Of a DNA stretch of 64,000 nucleotides, positions 9,631 through 18,721 are shown piece by piece. Source of the DNA: Paracoccaceae bacterium (GTDB lineage Bacteria > Pseudomonadota > Alphaproteobacteria > Rhodobacterales > Rhodobacteraceae); NCBI GenBank assembly GCA_028874915.1, contig JAPPHA010000116.1, positions 138,605-202,604 of the forward strand, in the 5' to 3' direction. Numbering within the stretch: position 1 is the first letter of the stretch; each line of letters begins with the position of its first letter. A program made the position numbers and the translations under genes. The notes beneath the pieces are model-generated. The model was not told the DNA's origin and searched no databases. It saw only the letters and a program-made list of their open reading frames with translations.

Positions 9631-10737
9631 ATGCGCATTGTTGATTGCCACGGTCACGTCTTTCCCCCGCTTGCCGGGCCTTGCGGCTTCTCGAGCAGCG
9701 CCGAACATCTCCTCTACCTGCAGTGGGCCATGCACACGCATACGAACCAGCCTGTGATACGGACCCGTGACGGCCGGGTCATGACGGAGCGGCACCTCTG
9801 GAGCCCGGATGACCCAACCGAGGCTGGCCGCGTGGAGGGGCTGGACTTCCGAGTGGACGGCAACGGCCGGTTTGCGTGGAACGTGGATGACGAGCGATAC
9901 CATGTCCAGTTTCTCAGTCCGGGGACACGGCATCTCGAGAGTCCCGCTGAGACGATCGTCGCTCAGATGGACTATGTCGGAATCGAGACGATGGTCCTGC
10001 AGAACGACCACATCTACGGAAACTCGGCGGAAATGTTCGCGGATGCCATCGCGCAACATCCGGGCCGGTTCATCGGGCTTGCACAGGTGGAAGAAGGATT
10101 CGCCTGGCAGGATGGCGAAATCGCACGCCTTGAGCATCAAGTCGTCCGCGACGGGATGACCGGGCTCTATTTCACGCTCGCAGGCTTCATGCGCTCGGGA
10201 TGGAAGGAAACCTATGCCGCCCGGTCCTTCGATGATTTCTGGGGGACGGTCGAACGCCTCGGTCTACCCGTTTTCTGGGTCCACCCGGGCGAGACGCCTT
10301 GGGGCAGCTTTCTCGAGGAAATGGACCGGTTCGTCGGCTGGCTGGAGCGGTTTCCCCGCATTCCGTCTGTCATGGTCCACGGCTGGCCCACTGCGCTCTT
10401 CGACAACGGTTCGGGACGCATCAAATGGCCGGGCGTCGTTCAGCGAATCCAGGACGAGTTTCCGGTATTCACGGAAGTGCTGTACCCGATTTCCTGGGGG
10501 CGCCGACACGCCTATCCCTACGAGCTCGCGCTCGATCATGTCCGCCAGATCCATGATCGGTTTGGTGCGGGATGCATGATCTGGGGTTCGGACATGCCGA
10601 ACGTCGAGCGCTATTGCACCTATCGCCAGAGCCTCGACTACGTTCGGCTCCACTGCGATTTTCTGACCGAGAGCGAGCGCGCCGCGGTGTTCGGCGGCAA
10701 TTGCCGTTCGCTCTTCGCGCCAGGTGCCGCCGATTGA
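9631..10737 (+). CDS. metal-dependent hydrolase/decarboxylase, Amidohydro_2 (ACMSD-like TIM barrel) family
   Basis: ORF track 9631..10737. The N-terminal MRIVDCHGHVF (HxH metal motif) and C-terminal MIWGSDMPN (Asp ligand) fit the amidohydrolase-2 fold. It is embedded between the permease and ATPase genes of the dpp-type operon. Confidence 0.8.
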   Translation: MRIVDCHGHVFPPLAGPCGFSSSAEHLLYLQWAMHTHTNQPVIRTRDGRVMTERHLWSPDDPTEAGRVEGLDFRVDGNGRFAWNVDDERYHVQFLSPGTRHLESPAETIVAQMDYVGIETMVLQNDHIYGNSAEMFADAIAQHPGRFIGLAQVEEGFAWQDGEIARLEHQVVRDGMTGLYFTLAGFMRSGWKETYAARSFDDFWGTVERLGLPVFWVHPGETPWGSFLEEMDRFVGWLERFPRIPSVMVHGWPTALFDNGSGRIKWPGVVQRIQDEFPVFTEVLYPISWGRRHAYPYELALDHVRQIHDRFGAGCMIWGSDMPNVERYCTYRQSLDYVRLHCDFLTESERAAVFGGNCRSLFAPGAAD

Positions 10738-10745
10738 ACGATCCG

Positions 10746-11783
10746 GTGGAACATACATCCGCGGATACGGACGGTGTCCGTGCCCGGGAACCCCTCCTGG
10801 CGGTTCGCGATCTGGCGGTTCGTTTCGAAATGCTGCGCCGCACCATTTACGCGGTCAACGGCGTTTCCTTCCGCGTTCACGAAGGGGAGACATTTGCGAT
10901 CGTCGGAGAGTCTGGCTGCGGCAAGAGCGTCACTGCGCTGTCGCTCCTGAAGCTCCTTTCCATGCCACCCGCCCGCATCACGAGCGGCTCCGTCCTCTTC
11001 GATGGCGAGGATCTCCTCGAGCTCCCGGAAGCCCGGCTGCGGGAATTGCGCGGACCGGCCGTGAGTTACGTTTTCCAGGAACCGATGACTTCGCTCAATC
11101 CGTCGATGAAGATCGGATGGCAGATCGCAGAGGCCTGTGCACTACATTTCGGTGTTGGCCGGGAGGAGGCCCTGACGCGAGCACGCGACCTGATGGAGCA
11201 GGTCCAGCTCCCCGACGCTGACGAACGTCTCGATGTCTATCCGCACCAACTCTCAGGGGGCATGCGGCAACGGGTCATGATCGCAATCGCTCTCGCCTGT
11301 TCGCCCCGCCTGCTCATCGCCGACGAACCGACGACCGCCCTTGACGTCACGATCCAGGCCCAAATTCTCGATCTGCTTGCCGATCTTCAGGAGCAGACTG
11401 GCGCCGGCATGATCCTGATCACCCACGATCTTGCCGTCGTCGCCGAATACGCAGACCGGATGATGGTCATGTACGCGGGCCGCAAGGTGGAAGAAGGCCC
11501 GGTGGACGAGATACTCGCCAACCCCCGGCATCCGTACACTCATGGGCTGTTCCAGGCTGTCCCGCAGCTTGGGTCAAGCCTCGGTGAAGGACCCGCGCGA
11601 CCACTTTCGGAAATTCCCGGGGTCGTCCCGCTCCTCGACCGGCCGATAGCCGGATGCCCATTCGCTCCGCGGTGCGCATTGGTGATTGACCGGTGCCGAA
11701 ATGAGGCGCCGCCCGTCGCCGAATTTGCTGACGGTCACTATTCGGCCTGCTTCAGGAGTGACAGGGTCGGAGCGGTCGAATGA
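10746..11783 (+). CDS. ABC transporter ATP-binding protein (DppD/OppD-like)
   Basis: This is the real part of ORF track 10572..11783. The start is either TTG 10734 (TTGA overlap with the upstream stop) or GTG 10746. It has Walker A GESGCGKS, signature LSGGMRQR, Walker [13 protein letters not shown] and the oligopeptide C-terminal domain HPYT. Confidence 0.9.
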   Translation: MEHTSADTDGVRAREPLLAVRDLAVRFEMLRRTIYAVNGVSFRVHEGETFAIVGESGCGKSVTALSLLKLLSMPPARITSGSVLFDGEDLLELPEARLRELRGPAVSYVFQEPMTSLNPSMKIGWQIAEACALHFGVGREEALTRARDLMEQVQLPDADERLDVYPHQLSGGMRQRVMIAIALACSPRLLIADEPTTALDVTIQAQILDLLADLQEQTGAGMILITHDLAVVAEYADRMMVMYAGRKVEEGPVDEILANPRHPYTHGLFQAVPQLGSSLGEGPARPLSEIPGVVPLLDRPIAGCPFAPRCALVIDRCRNEAPPVAEFADGHYSACFRSDRVGAVE

Positions 11784-12778
11784 GCGACAGCGTCCAAAGT
11801 GGCGAAGCCCTCCTCGTGCTCGACGGCGTTACAAAGCACTTCCATGTTCGCCGCGGTGCGTTTGGCGCAGTGCAGGCCACGGTGAGGGCGGTGGAAGACG
11901 TCTCGCTCGAAATACATCCAGGCGAAGCCCTCGGACTGGTTGGCGAAAGCGGTTGTGGCAAATCCACCGTCGCGAAGCTGATCACCTGCCTCCACCGGCC
12001 GACAGCAGGAAGGATCCTGCTCGGTGGTGTGGCGATTTCGAGTCTGCCCGAGAAACAGTTGCGGGGCCTCCGGAGGAGGGTGCAGATGGTTTTCCAGGAT
12101 CCCTATTCCTCGCTCAATCCCAGGATGACGGCGGGCGAAATCGTCGGGGAGCCTCTCCGGGAGCATTTGCCGGTCTCCGCAAGGGAACGCAGGGATCGGG
12201 TGGCTGCGCTCTTCCGGCAGGTCGGACTCCGGCCCGAACTCGCGGCGAACTACCCCGATGCGTTTTCCGGCGGGCAACGGCAGAGGATTGGAATTGCCCG
12301 CGCGCTTGCGTTGGAGCCGGAACTTATCGTTGCGGACGAGCCGGTCTCCGCACTCGACGTCTCGGTGCAGGCGCAGGTCATCAACCTGATGGCGCGCCTT
12401 CGGGGTGAGACGGGCGTCGCATACCTGTTCGTTTCGCATGACCTCGCGGTGGTCGAACACATCAGCGACCGCGTAGCGGTCATGTACCTCGGCCAGCTCG
12501 TCGAAATTGCGCCGAAGCGGACGCTGTTCTCCGGGCCGAGGCACCCCTACACCGAAATGCTGATGCAGTCGGTTCCCACGATGGACCGCCGGCAGAAGGC
12601 GCGGCGTTCGGTTATCGGAGAGGTGCCGAGCCCTCTCAATCCGCCGTCCGGTTGCCGGTATCGGACCCGTTGCCCTCTCGCCGAGCCCCGGTGCAGCGAG
12701 ACGTCACCCATCCTGCGGCGCGTTGGCGCGGGCCACCTCGCCGCATGTCATGTTCGGGCGTCCGCAGACGAAGGCTGA
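11780..12778 (+). CDS. ABC transporter ATP-binding protein (DppF/OppF-like)
   Basis: ORF track 11780..12778, with an ATGA overlap with the upstream gene. It has Walker [10 protein letters not shown], signature FSGGQRQR, Walker B LIVADEPVSALD and HPYT. Confidence 0.92.
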   Translation: MSDSVQSGEALLVLDGVTKHFHVRRGAFGAVQATVRAVEDVSLEIHPGEALGLVGESGCGKSTVAKLITCLHRPTAGRILLGGVAISSLPEKQLRGLRRRVQMVFQDPYSSLNPRMTAGEIVGEPLREHLPVSARERRDRVAALFRQVGLRPELAANYPDAFSGGQRQRIGIARALALEPELIVADEPVSALDVSVQAQVINLMARLRGETGVAYLFVSHDLAVVEHISDRVAVMYLGQLVEIAPKRTLFSGPRHPYTEMLMQSVPTMDRRQKARRSVIGEVPSPLNPPSGCRYRTRCPLAEPRCSETSPILRRVGAGHLAACHVRASADEG

Positions 12779-12843
12779 ACCCATCCGAATTGTCCGGCGA
12801 CTCGTTTCAATGAACTACGCGAACCTCGGGCCGGCAAACCCGG

Positions 12844-13716
12844 TCAGGCCCGGACTGCGCGCTCGTAATCGTCCACGATTGTGCGGGTCAGTTCACCGAC
12901 CTCGAATCGATAATCGCCGATCTGTCCGACCGGCGTGACCTCGGCGGCCGTGCCGGTCAGCCAGCATTGCTGGAATTCCTCGAGTTCCGCCAGTTCGATA
13001 TGGCGTTCCTGCACTTGGACTTGTCGCGCCTTCAGGAGCCCGATGACGGTCTGGCGCGTCAAACCGTCCAGAAAACAGTCCGGCAGCGGCGTGTGCACGA
13101 TGCCGTCCCGGACGAAGAAGATGTTGGCGCCGGTGGCCTCGGCGACATACCCCCGGTGATCGAGCATCATGGCGTCCGAACAACCCTTGGCCTCGGCGGC
13201 ATGCTTGGAGAGTGTGCAGATCATGTAGAGCCCGGAGGCCTTGGCGAAACACGGAATTGTCTCGGGAGACGGGCGCCGCCACGTCGAAATGTCGAGTCGG
13301 GCTCCCACGGACTTGGCGTCACCGTAATAGGCGCCCCAGGTCCAGGCCGCGACCGCCATCCGCACGGGGTTGCGTGCCGAGGTGACTCCCATGTCTTCGC
13401 CGGACCCTCGCCAGCAAACGACCCGGACATAGGCATCCGACAGGCCATTTTCCTTCATGACCAGGTATTTGGCGGCCTCGATTTCGTCAACGCTGTAGGG
13501 AATCGGAAGATCGATGTCGCGGCCGGACTTGAGCAACCGTTCCGAGTGATCACGACTCCGGAAGATGCGTCCCGAGTAGGCGCGTTCGCCCTCAAACACC
13601 GACGAGGCATAATGCAGCCCGTGGCTCAGGACATGGGTGTTGGCGCCTCTCCACGGAACGAGATCTCCGTCCAGCCAGATGACTCCGTCGCGATCGTCAT
13701 ATGCAGATCCGGCCAT
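12844..13716 (-). CDS. ilvE: branched-chain amino acid aminotransferase (class IV)
   Basis: ORF track 12844..13716. Contains IWLDGDLVPW..ANTHVLSHGLHYASSVFEGERAY...EATGANIFFV...TGTAAEVTPV, the typical 290-aa alphaproteobacterial IlvE. Confidence 0.9.
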   Translation of the reverse strand: MAGSAYDDRDGVIWLDGDLVPWRGANTHVLSHGLHYASSVFEGERAYSGRIFRSRDHSERLLKSGRDIDLPIPYSVDEIEAAKYLVMKENGLSDAYVRVVCWRGSGEDMGVTSARNPVRMAVAAWTWGAYYGDAKSVGARLDISTWRRPSPETIPCFAKASGLYMICTLSKHAAEAKGCSDAMMLDHRGYVAEATGANIFFVRDGIVHTPLPDCFLDGLTRQTVIGLLKARQVQVQERHIELAELEEFQQCWLTGTAAEVTPVGQIGDYRFEVGELTRTIVDDYERAVRA

Positions 13717-13825
13717 GATCCATCCTACCCTTCGCTGTCATGCCCCGCCATGCCTCGGACCGCGATGTCCGGGGCGCCGTTCCGGGTCGGGTCTTTCGGG
13801 ACCAGTCTTGCCGATTCCCTCTGGC

Positions 13826-13846
13826 TATGTCAACAATTCTGACATA
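13826..13846. promoter_or_regulatory. 7-7-7 inverted repeat TATGTCA-N7-TGACATA, candidate MarR-type operator
   Basis: A perfect 7-bp inverted repeat read directly in an AT-rich patch, about 85 bp upstream of the MarR-family gene start (13931) in the ilvE/marR divergent region. Confidence 0.4.
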
Positions 13847-13930
13847 TTATCCAGTTCAATGCAAACGGTCGGGACAGGCCCCGGTCGGGGTCGGTGGTGC
13901 CGGCATCAAGGATCGGGAACGAGAACCGGA

Positions 13931-14440
13931 ATGCAGGACCAACCCGTGATTCCGAGACAGGCCGGCAGGGAGCCGCATCTCTTCCTGACCGACGACCAAT
14001 TGCTGCAGGGCATCGAACTGATGTTTTTTGCCTATCGGGAATTCACGTCGGATCCGGACCGAATCCTCGAACGATTCCGTTACGGCCGCGCCCATCACCG
14101 CGCAATTCACTTCATCAATCGGAGCCCGGGAATCACCGTCAATCGGCTGCTGACGATCCTGGGCGTGACCAAGCAGTCGTTGAACCGTGTCCGGCGTCGG
14201 CTCATGGCCGACGGCATGATCATCAGCCGGGTCGGCACTGAAGACCGGCGGGAACGGCACCTCTATCTGACGGAAAGCGGGCGGGCGCTTGAACGTCAGC
14301 TGTCGGAGGCTCAGCGCCGGCGCATGCGTGCTGCCTACAGGGCGGCCGGGCCCGACGCGGTCCAGGGGTTTCGGCGCGTCCTCGAAAATATAATGGACGA
14401 TCCGGTGCGGCAACTGGCCCGAAGCCTGGGTGAGGACTGA
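13931..14440 (+). CDS. MarR family transcriptional regulator (PetP-like)
   Basis: ORF track 13637..14440. Start trimmed to ATG at 13931 (MQDQPVIPRQ...). The wHTH segment is ITVNRLLTILGVTKQSLNRVRRRLMADGMIISRVGTEDRRERHLYLTESG. It is followed 1 nt later by an OmpR-type regulator gene. Confidence 0.85.
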   Translation: MQDQPVIPRQAGREPHLFLTDDQLLQGIELMFFAYREFTSDPDRILERFRYGRAHHRAIHFINRSPGITVNRLLTILGVTKQSLNRVRRRLMADGMIISRVGTEDRRERHLYLTESGRALERQLSEAQRRRMRAAYRAAGPDAVQGFRRVLENIMDDPVRQLARSLGED

Positions 14441-14441
14441 C

Positions 14442-15152
14442 ATGGTCCGCCAGCCGCGGCCTCACGTCCTTCTGGTCGATGACGACCAGCGTATCCGGGA
14501 TCTCCTGAAGAAATATCTGGCCCGGAATGGCTACCGGGTGAGTGCGGCGCGGGACGCGGACCATGCATTCGGTCTCATCGGCGGGCTGGTTTTCGACCTG
14601 ATCGTGCTCGACGTGATGATGCCTGGAGAGGACGGCATCACGCTGACGGCGAGGCTGCGGGACGCTGGAATCCCGACGCCGATCCTGATGCTGACCGCAC
14701 GGAGCGAATCGAGTCAGCGGGTCATGGGCTTTGAGGCCGGTGCCGACGACTATCTGGGAAAGCCGTTCGAGCCGCGTGAACTGATTCTCCGCATGGCGGC
14801 CATTCTCCGAAGGATTCCAGAGCCTGAGGACGGAGAGGAGGAACCGCCCAGGATGCTGCAGCTCGGAGATTGCCGGTACGACGTGATGCGGGGGGAACTA
14901 TGGAAACGGGACACCTATGTCCGCCTGACGGCGACGGAAACCCAGTTGATGCGGATCCTGTCGTCTCAGCCACGTCAGGCCGTTTCCCGAGCCGAGTTGG
15001 TTGAAGCGCTGGGACGTTCCGGCGGCAAGACCCAGACTCGGGCCGTCGATGTCCAGATCACACGTCTGCGGCGAAAGCTCGAAACGGAGCCCAGGTCTCC
15101 TCGATATCTGCAGACAGTCAGGAAAGCCGGATACGCGCTGGTTCCGGACTGA
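14442..15152 (+). CDS. OmpR/PhoB-family response regulator (PetR-like), no adjacent histidine kinase
   Basis: ORF track 14430..15152. ATG at 14442 (MVRQPRPHVLLVDDDQRIRDLL...DLIVLDVMMPGEDG...LMLTA...KPF) marks the receiver domain. The winged-helix output domain is LTATETQLMRIL...RAVDVQITRLRRKLE...YLQTVRKAGYAL. Confidence 0.9.
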   Translation: MVRQPRPHVLLVDDDQRIRDLLKKYLARNGYRVSAARDADHAFGLIGGLVFDLIVLDVMMPGEDGITLTARLRDAGIPTPILMLTARSESSQRVMGFEAGADDYLGKPFEPRELILRMAAILRRIPEPEDGEEEPPRMLQLGDCRYDVMRGELWKRDTYVRLTATETQLMRILSSQPRQAVSRAELVEALGRSGGKTQTRAVDVQITRLRRKLETEPRSPRYLQTVRKAGYALVPD

Positions 15153-15729
15153 CGGGTCGGAACTGTCGGGACGGCCCCCGGCGTCGACGGCGGCCAACGG
15201 TCGAGGCAACGGGTTCAGGTCGGAAAGGCCAGGCTCCGGGACATGGCGTCGGCGGCCTGTCCTGCGAACCGTGGAATTCTCTGGCGCGGAACGACGCCGT
15301 TCTCAAAAGCCAGCGAAAGTGCGCCTGCATCCACCGGCACCGATTTGAAACCAAATGGCACATGCCGAAGACAAACTGCGCCCCGGTGCTGGCAGGCCTC
15401 CAGCTCAGCCACCTTCGTATCCTCCAGGGCCAGGTCAGGTCCCGCACCGCCTCCTGCGTTTGATGCGAAACCCGCACAGCGGTCAGGTTTCCGAATCGAA
15501 GAAGACGCGCAGGCGTCGCCACATCCCGACGGCCCGATTCCTCCCGTTCCCCGGCTGTACACAGGAACCGGCTCGGCGCCTTTAACGAGCGGTCGTGACC
15601 TGTCGCCATGATCTCCCGATCGCCCGATAAACTCAGTGTTCTCCGGACCGGCTTCAGTGCAAAAACTGATTGCCGCACCGCCAGAGCCCGGCAACGGCCA
15701 CCCCAATCGTTTCCCTTGTGGACATCCGG

Positions 15730-15745
15730 GTGCACATGTGTGCAC
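15730..15745. repeat. perfect 16-bp palindrome GTGCACATGTGTGCAC
   Basis: Read directly. A third half-site TGTGCAC occurs at 15773-15779. It lies about 230 bp upstream of the flippase-like gene in a region with no codon-biased ORF. Confidence 0.6.
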
Positions 15746-15971
15746 TACCCCGACATGACCTGTCTTTCTTGATGTGCACCCTGTTCTCGAACGAGTGAAC
15801 GTCCTGACCTCGAGTACAGCCCCGATCTCAAGTCCAGGGCGGGTCAAACCATGAATTTCAATTTGGCGACAATCTGGTCGGACGTTTCCTGACCACCTTG
15901 AGCTCGACTGTCTGCAAACGAGTTCAATCCATCGTTTTCCGTAAACCGCGAAGCTTCAGGAAGACTTACGC

Positions 15972-17255
15972 ATGCCATTGATTCCCAGGCTCACCGCTGA
16001 GGCGAAGCTGACTTTCGGAAAGTCTGCATTCGCTCTGATCGGCGTTCAGCTTGCCGCCTACTTTGGAGTATTGTTGCACAACGGCATTATTGCCAGCCTC
16101 CTCTCCGTAGCATTCCTCGGCCAGGTTGCCGTGATTCTCGGCTATGCCAGTCTTCTCTCCGCTGTCTTCAGCCTTGGCTGGCCGCAACTGATCTTGCGCG
16201 ATGTCGCCAGGAACCGAAACTGCGAAGCACTCCACAAAGTGCTTCTGTCGCAAGGACTGTTGGTTACCCTGACCGGCCTCGGCGCGATGTCGCTCGTTGG
16301 TTTCTGTGTCGCCCTGGCACTTGGCGTGGAGGTTCCCAATTTCGTCTGGCTGGCGTGCCTGATGTCTGCAACGACGATCTGCGTCTCGCTCTTCGCCGCT
16401 GTGATGGAAGGCAACGGTCATGTCCTGTTGAGCCGCTGCATTTCGGGTATTCTGCGGCCCCTGATCATCATTCTTGCGGTCGTACTCATGAGTGTCGCGG
16501 GCGTAACCGCGCACATGACCGGGTACTTCATTGCGCAGGGAGCCTACCTGGTGCTCTTCGTTGTCATTGCCCTGTCGTTGGGTGCCCGAGTCATCGTGCG
16601 AATCGATCCGGGCACATCCCCGCAATGGCGTGCAAACCTGTCGGCCGAAAATATTCAGGTCCTGACGATCTCCGGCTTCAATGTCCTGATCCTGGCCACA
16701 GATGTGCTGGTGTTGCAACTGTTCGAACCCCTGAGTGTGGTGGGCAATTATAGTATCGTTGTTTCAATGATGTCTCTCGTCGCCATCGGCATGGGGGCCG
16801 TCAATTCTCTTTTTCTTCCGTCGTATGGCCATGCGGCAAGCAGGAATGACTGGCCGGCCGCTCGGGAGATGTTTGCGACGTCGCGGCGTATTTCGTCAAT
16901 CTGGTCCACCGTCGCGGTGAGCGTGGTCGCCCTGGCCACAGTCTTTGCGGCGCCGGTATTCGGCATTACGCCGGACTTTCATGCCGCGCCGGTCATTGTC
17001 TTCTTTCTAGGCCTGGGCCAGGTCATCAATGCCGTGACAGGACCCAATACCAACAGTCTGTTTGTCGAAGGAAAGACATTCTTCATTGCTGTGTCACTCG
17101 GGATTGCGGCGCTGATGAACGTGTTGGGCAATTTCCTGTTTGTGCCCTGGCTCGGCGCAGTCGGCGCCGCTTTGTCGACAGGAGTATTTGTAAGTCTCGT
17201 GCATGTGCTCCAGTTCGCATACGCAAGACGTACGAGCGTCATCCACAATGCCTGA
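15972..17255 (+). CDS. polysaccharide/oligosaccharide flippase, MOP superfamily (Wzx-like)
   Basis: ORF track 15972..17255, 427 aa with about 12 predicted TM segments. The C-terminal pattern FLFVPWLGAVGAALSTGVFVSL is typical of Polysacc_synt-type flippases. GC is about 52-58% on hand-counted lines, against about 65% for neighbouring genes. Confidence 0.7.
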   Translation: MPLIPRLTAEAKLTFGKSAFALIGVQLAAYFGVLLHNGIIASLLSVAFLGQVAVILGYASLLSAVFSLGWPQLILRDVARNRNCEALHKVLLSQGLLVTLTGLGAMSLVGFCVALALGVEVPNFVWLACLMSATTICVSLFAAVMEGNGHVLLSRCISGILRPLIIILAVVLMSVAGVTAHMTGYFIAQGAYLVLFVVIALSLGARVIVRIDPGTSPQWRANLSAENIQVLTISGFNVLILATDVLVLQLFEPLSVVGNYSIVVSMMSLVAIGMGAVNSLFLPSYGHAASRNDWPAAREMFATSRRISSIWSTVAVSVVALATVFAAPVFGITPDFHAAPVIVFFLGLGQVINAVTGPNTNSLFVEGKTFFIAVSLGIAALMNVLGNFLFVPWLGAVGAALSTGVFVSLVHVLQFAYARRTSVIHNA

Positions 17256-17839
17256 CAATTCCGTTACCGGACGGAATGCCGAAAACCAGACGGGGCCACT
17301 CGGCAAACGATGCCAGGCTGGATTTCCTCGGCTCGCCAGTGAGGGAGGATTTTCGGAACAATTGCTTCCCTGCAAATGCAGAATTTAATTCACTTGCGAA
17401 TTCCACGCCCCAATGACAACGCAGAAACCGCCATACGGGCAAACTGGATCGGCACGGCGTCGCATGGTCAGGCGACATCCGTCGTTATGTTCAATCTCGC
17501 GCAGTCGTTCGTCCACGCGATCGACCGGATTCTCAATCGCCGCGAAGACCTTGGCTCCATTTGCGGTGATACGTATCGGCGCCCCAAACGGGTCGGGCAA
17601 CTAGGGCGGCAGGGACGGCCGGAGTCCCGACGGAGCACTCAGCCAAGATGTTCTCGGGTGCCTTGCCGGGAAACCGGGCTCAATGTCGGATTCCTGAACG
17701 CCAGCCCAGGCCGGCCGGCAGGTCCCGGAATCCTGGCAGTCCCCCAGTGGCGCCATTCATCGCATTTCAGATCGGCATCGACATTGGCATCCGGGCCTGA
17801 AGTCGGTTTCGGGCGTCTCCTGGCTCAGGGCAGTCCACG

Positions 17840-18673
17840 TCAGGGCCCGTAGAGCTGGACGCCGGGCGAGAAAGCCACAAATTCGGGGTTGTGGTAACCG
17901 TGTTTGCCATAGGTAAGCGGAGCCATTGTATCCAGGGCGAACACCTTGCCGCCTGCGTTGGCGAGGACCGCCTGTCCGGCCGCCGTGTCCCATTCCATGG
18001 TCGGACCGAGCCGGGGGTAGAGGTCGGCTTCGCCGGCCGCGAGGAGACAGAACTTCAGCGATGACCCGGCCGAGCATGTTCGTCCGATCCGGCCGTCATA
18101 TTTCCCGATATAGGCCGAAGTCCTGGGATTACGGTGGGACCGGGATGCGATGACGACCAGAGCGTCGTTGTCCGGGTTCGAAACCGCAAGCGTCCGGCCT
18201 CCGGAATTGCCATTGATGGTGCCGGCGGCCGCCGCAATGAATTCGGCTTCCGGGTCCATCCTGATCTCTTCCGATGTCCCGTCCGGCCAGGTGAAAAACA
18301 ACTGGCCGTAAGCCGGTGCGAAGACGACCCCGTGGACCGGCATTGTGTTTTCCACCCAGGCGATGTTGACGGTGAAGTCCCGGTTTCCGGAGACAAAACT
18401 CCGGGTGCCGTCCAGGGGGTCAACAATGAAGAAACTGCCGGAGCCGGATTTGTGCGATTCCTGTCGCTCTTCGCTCACCACGCGGACACCAGGAAACGCC
18501 GTGCCAAGACCATTGCTGATCAACCTGTCGGCCGCAAGATCGGCTTCCGTGACGGGACTGGAGTCCGGTTTGTGCCGTGCCGACACATCGCCCGACTGAA
18601 ACGCCGTCAGGATGCCGGCGCCGGCCGCCAGTGCGAGATCGATCATGGTTCTGCAAATTCGTTCCGGGTCCAT
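17840..18673 (-). CDS. cysQ: 3'(2'),5'-bisphosphate nucleotidase (inositol monophosphatase family)
   Basis: ORF track 17840..18673. Carries the IMPase motifs PVTEADLAADRLI, FFIVDPLDGTRSF and the C-terminal WDTAAGQAVL. Confidence 0.88.
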   Translation of the reverse strand: MDPERICRTMIDLALAAGAGILTAFQSGDVSARHKPDSSPVTEADLAADRLISNGLGTAFPGVRVVSEERQESHKSGSGSFFIVDPLDGTRSFVSGNRDFTVNIAWVENTMPVHGVVFAPAYGQLFFTWPDGTSEEIRMDPEAEFIAAAAGTINGNSGGRTLAVSNPDNDALVVIASRSHRNPRTSAYIGKYDGRIGRTCSAGSSLKFCLLAAGEADLYPRLGPTMEWDTAAGQAVLANAGGKVFALDTMAPLTYGKHGYHNPEFVAFSPGVQLYGP

Positions 18674-18686
18674 CGTTTGGGAACCT

Positions 18687-18694
18687 CTCCTGTT
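18687..18694. repeat. 8-bp direct repeat CTCCTGTT (putative target-site duplication, cysQ-proximal copy)
   Basis: Identical to 20019-20026. It abuts the outer edge of the terminal inverted repeat. On the minus strand it reads AACAGGAG, a Shine-Dalgarno-like sequence 13 nt upstream of the cysQ ATG. Confidence 0.75.
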
Positions 18695-18718
18695 GGGACT
18701 TATAAAGGAAGGTTGACG
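18695..18718. repeat. terminal inverted repeat (tnpB 3'-proximal end) GGGACTTATAAAGGAAGGTTGACG
   Basis: The reverse complement of 19995-20018 is GGGACTTACAAAGAAAGGTTGACG, a 22/24 match (mismatches at positions 9 and 14). Confidence 0.85.
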
Positions 18719-18721
18719 CCA

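Noticed and set aside
15215-15847. 210-codon minus-strand ORF, plus overlapping ORFs, in the spacer after the response regulator.
   Set aside because: My hand count of third-position GC over the 3' 82 codons is about 63%, equal to bulk composition, against about 85% or more in real genes here. The sequence is low-complexity with no motif. I treat it as non-coding.
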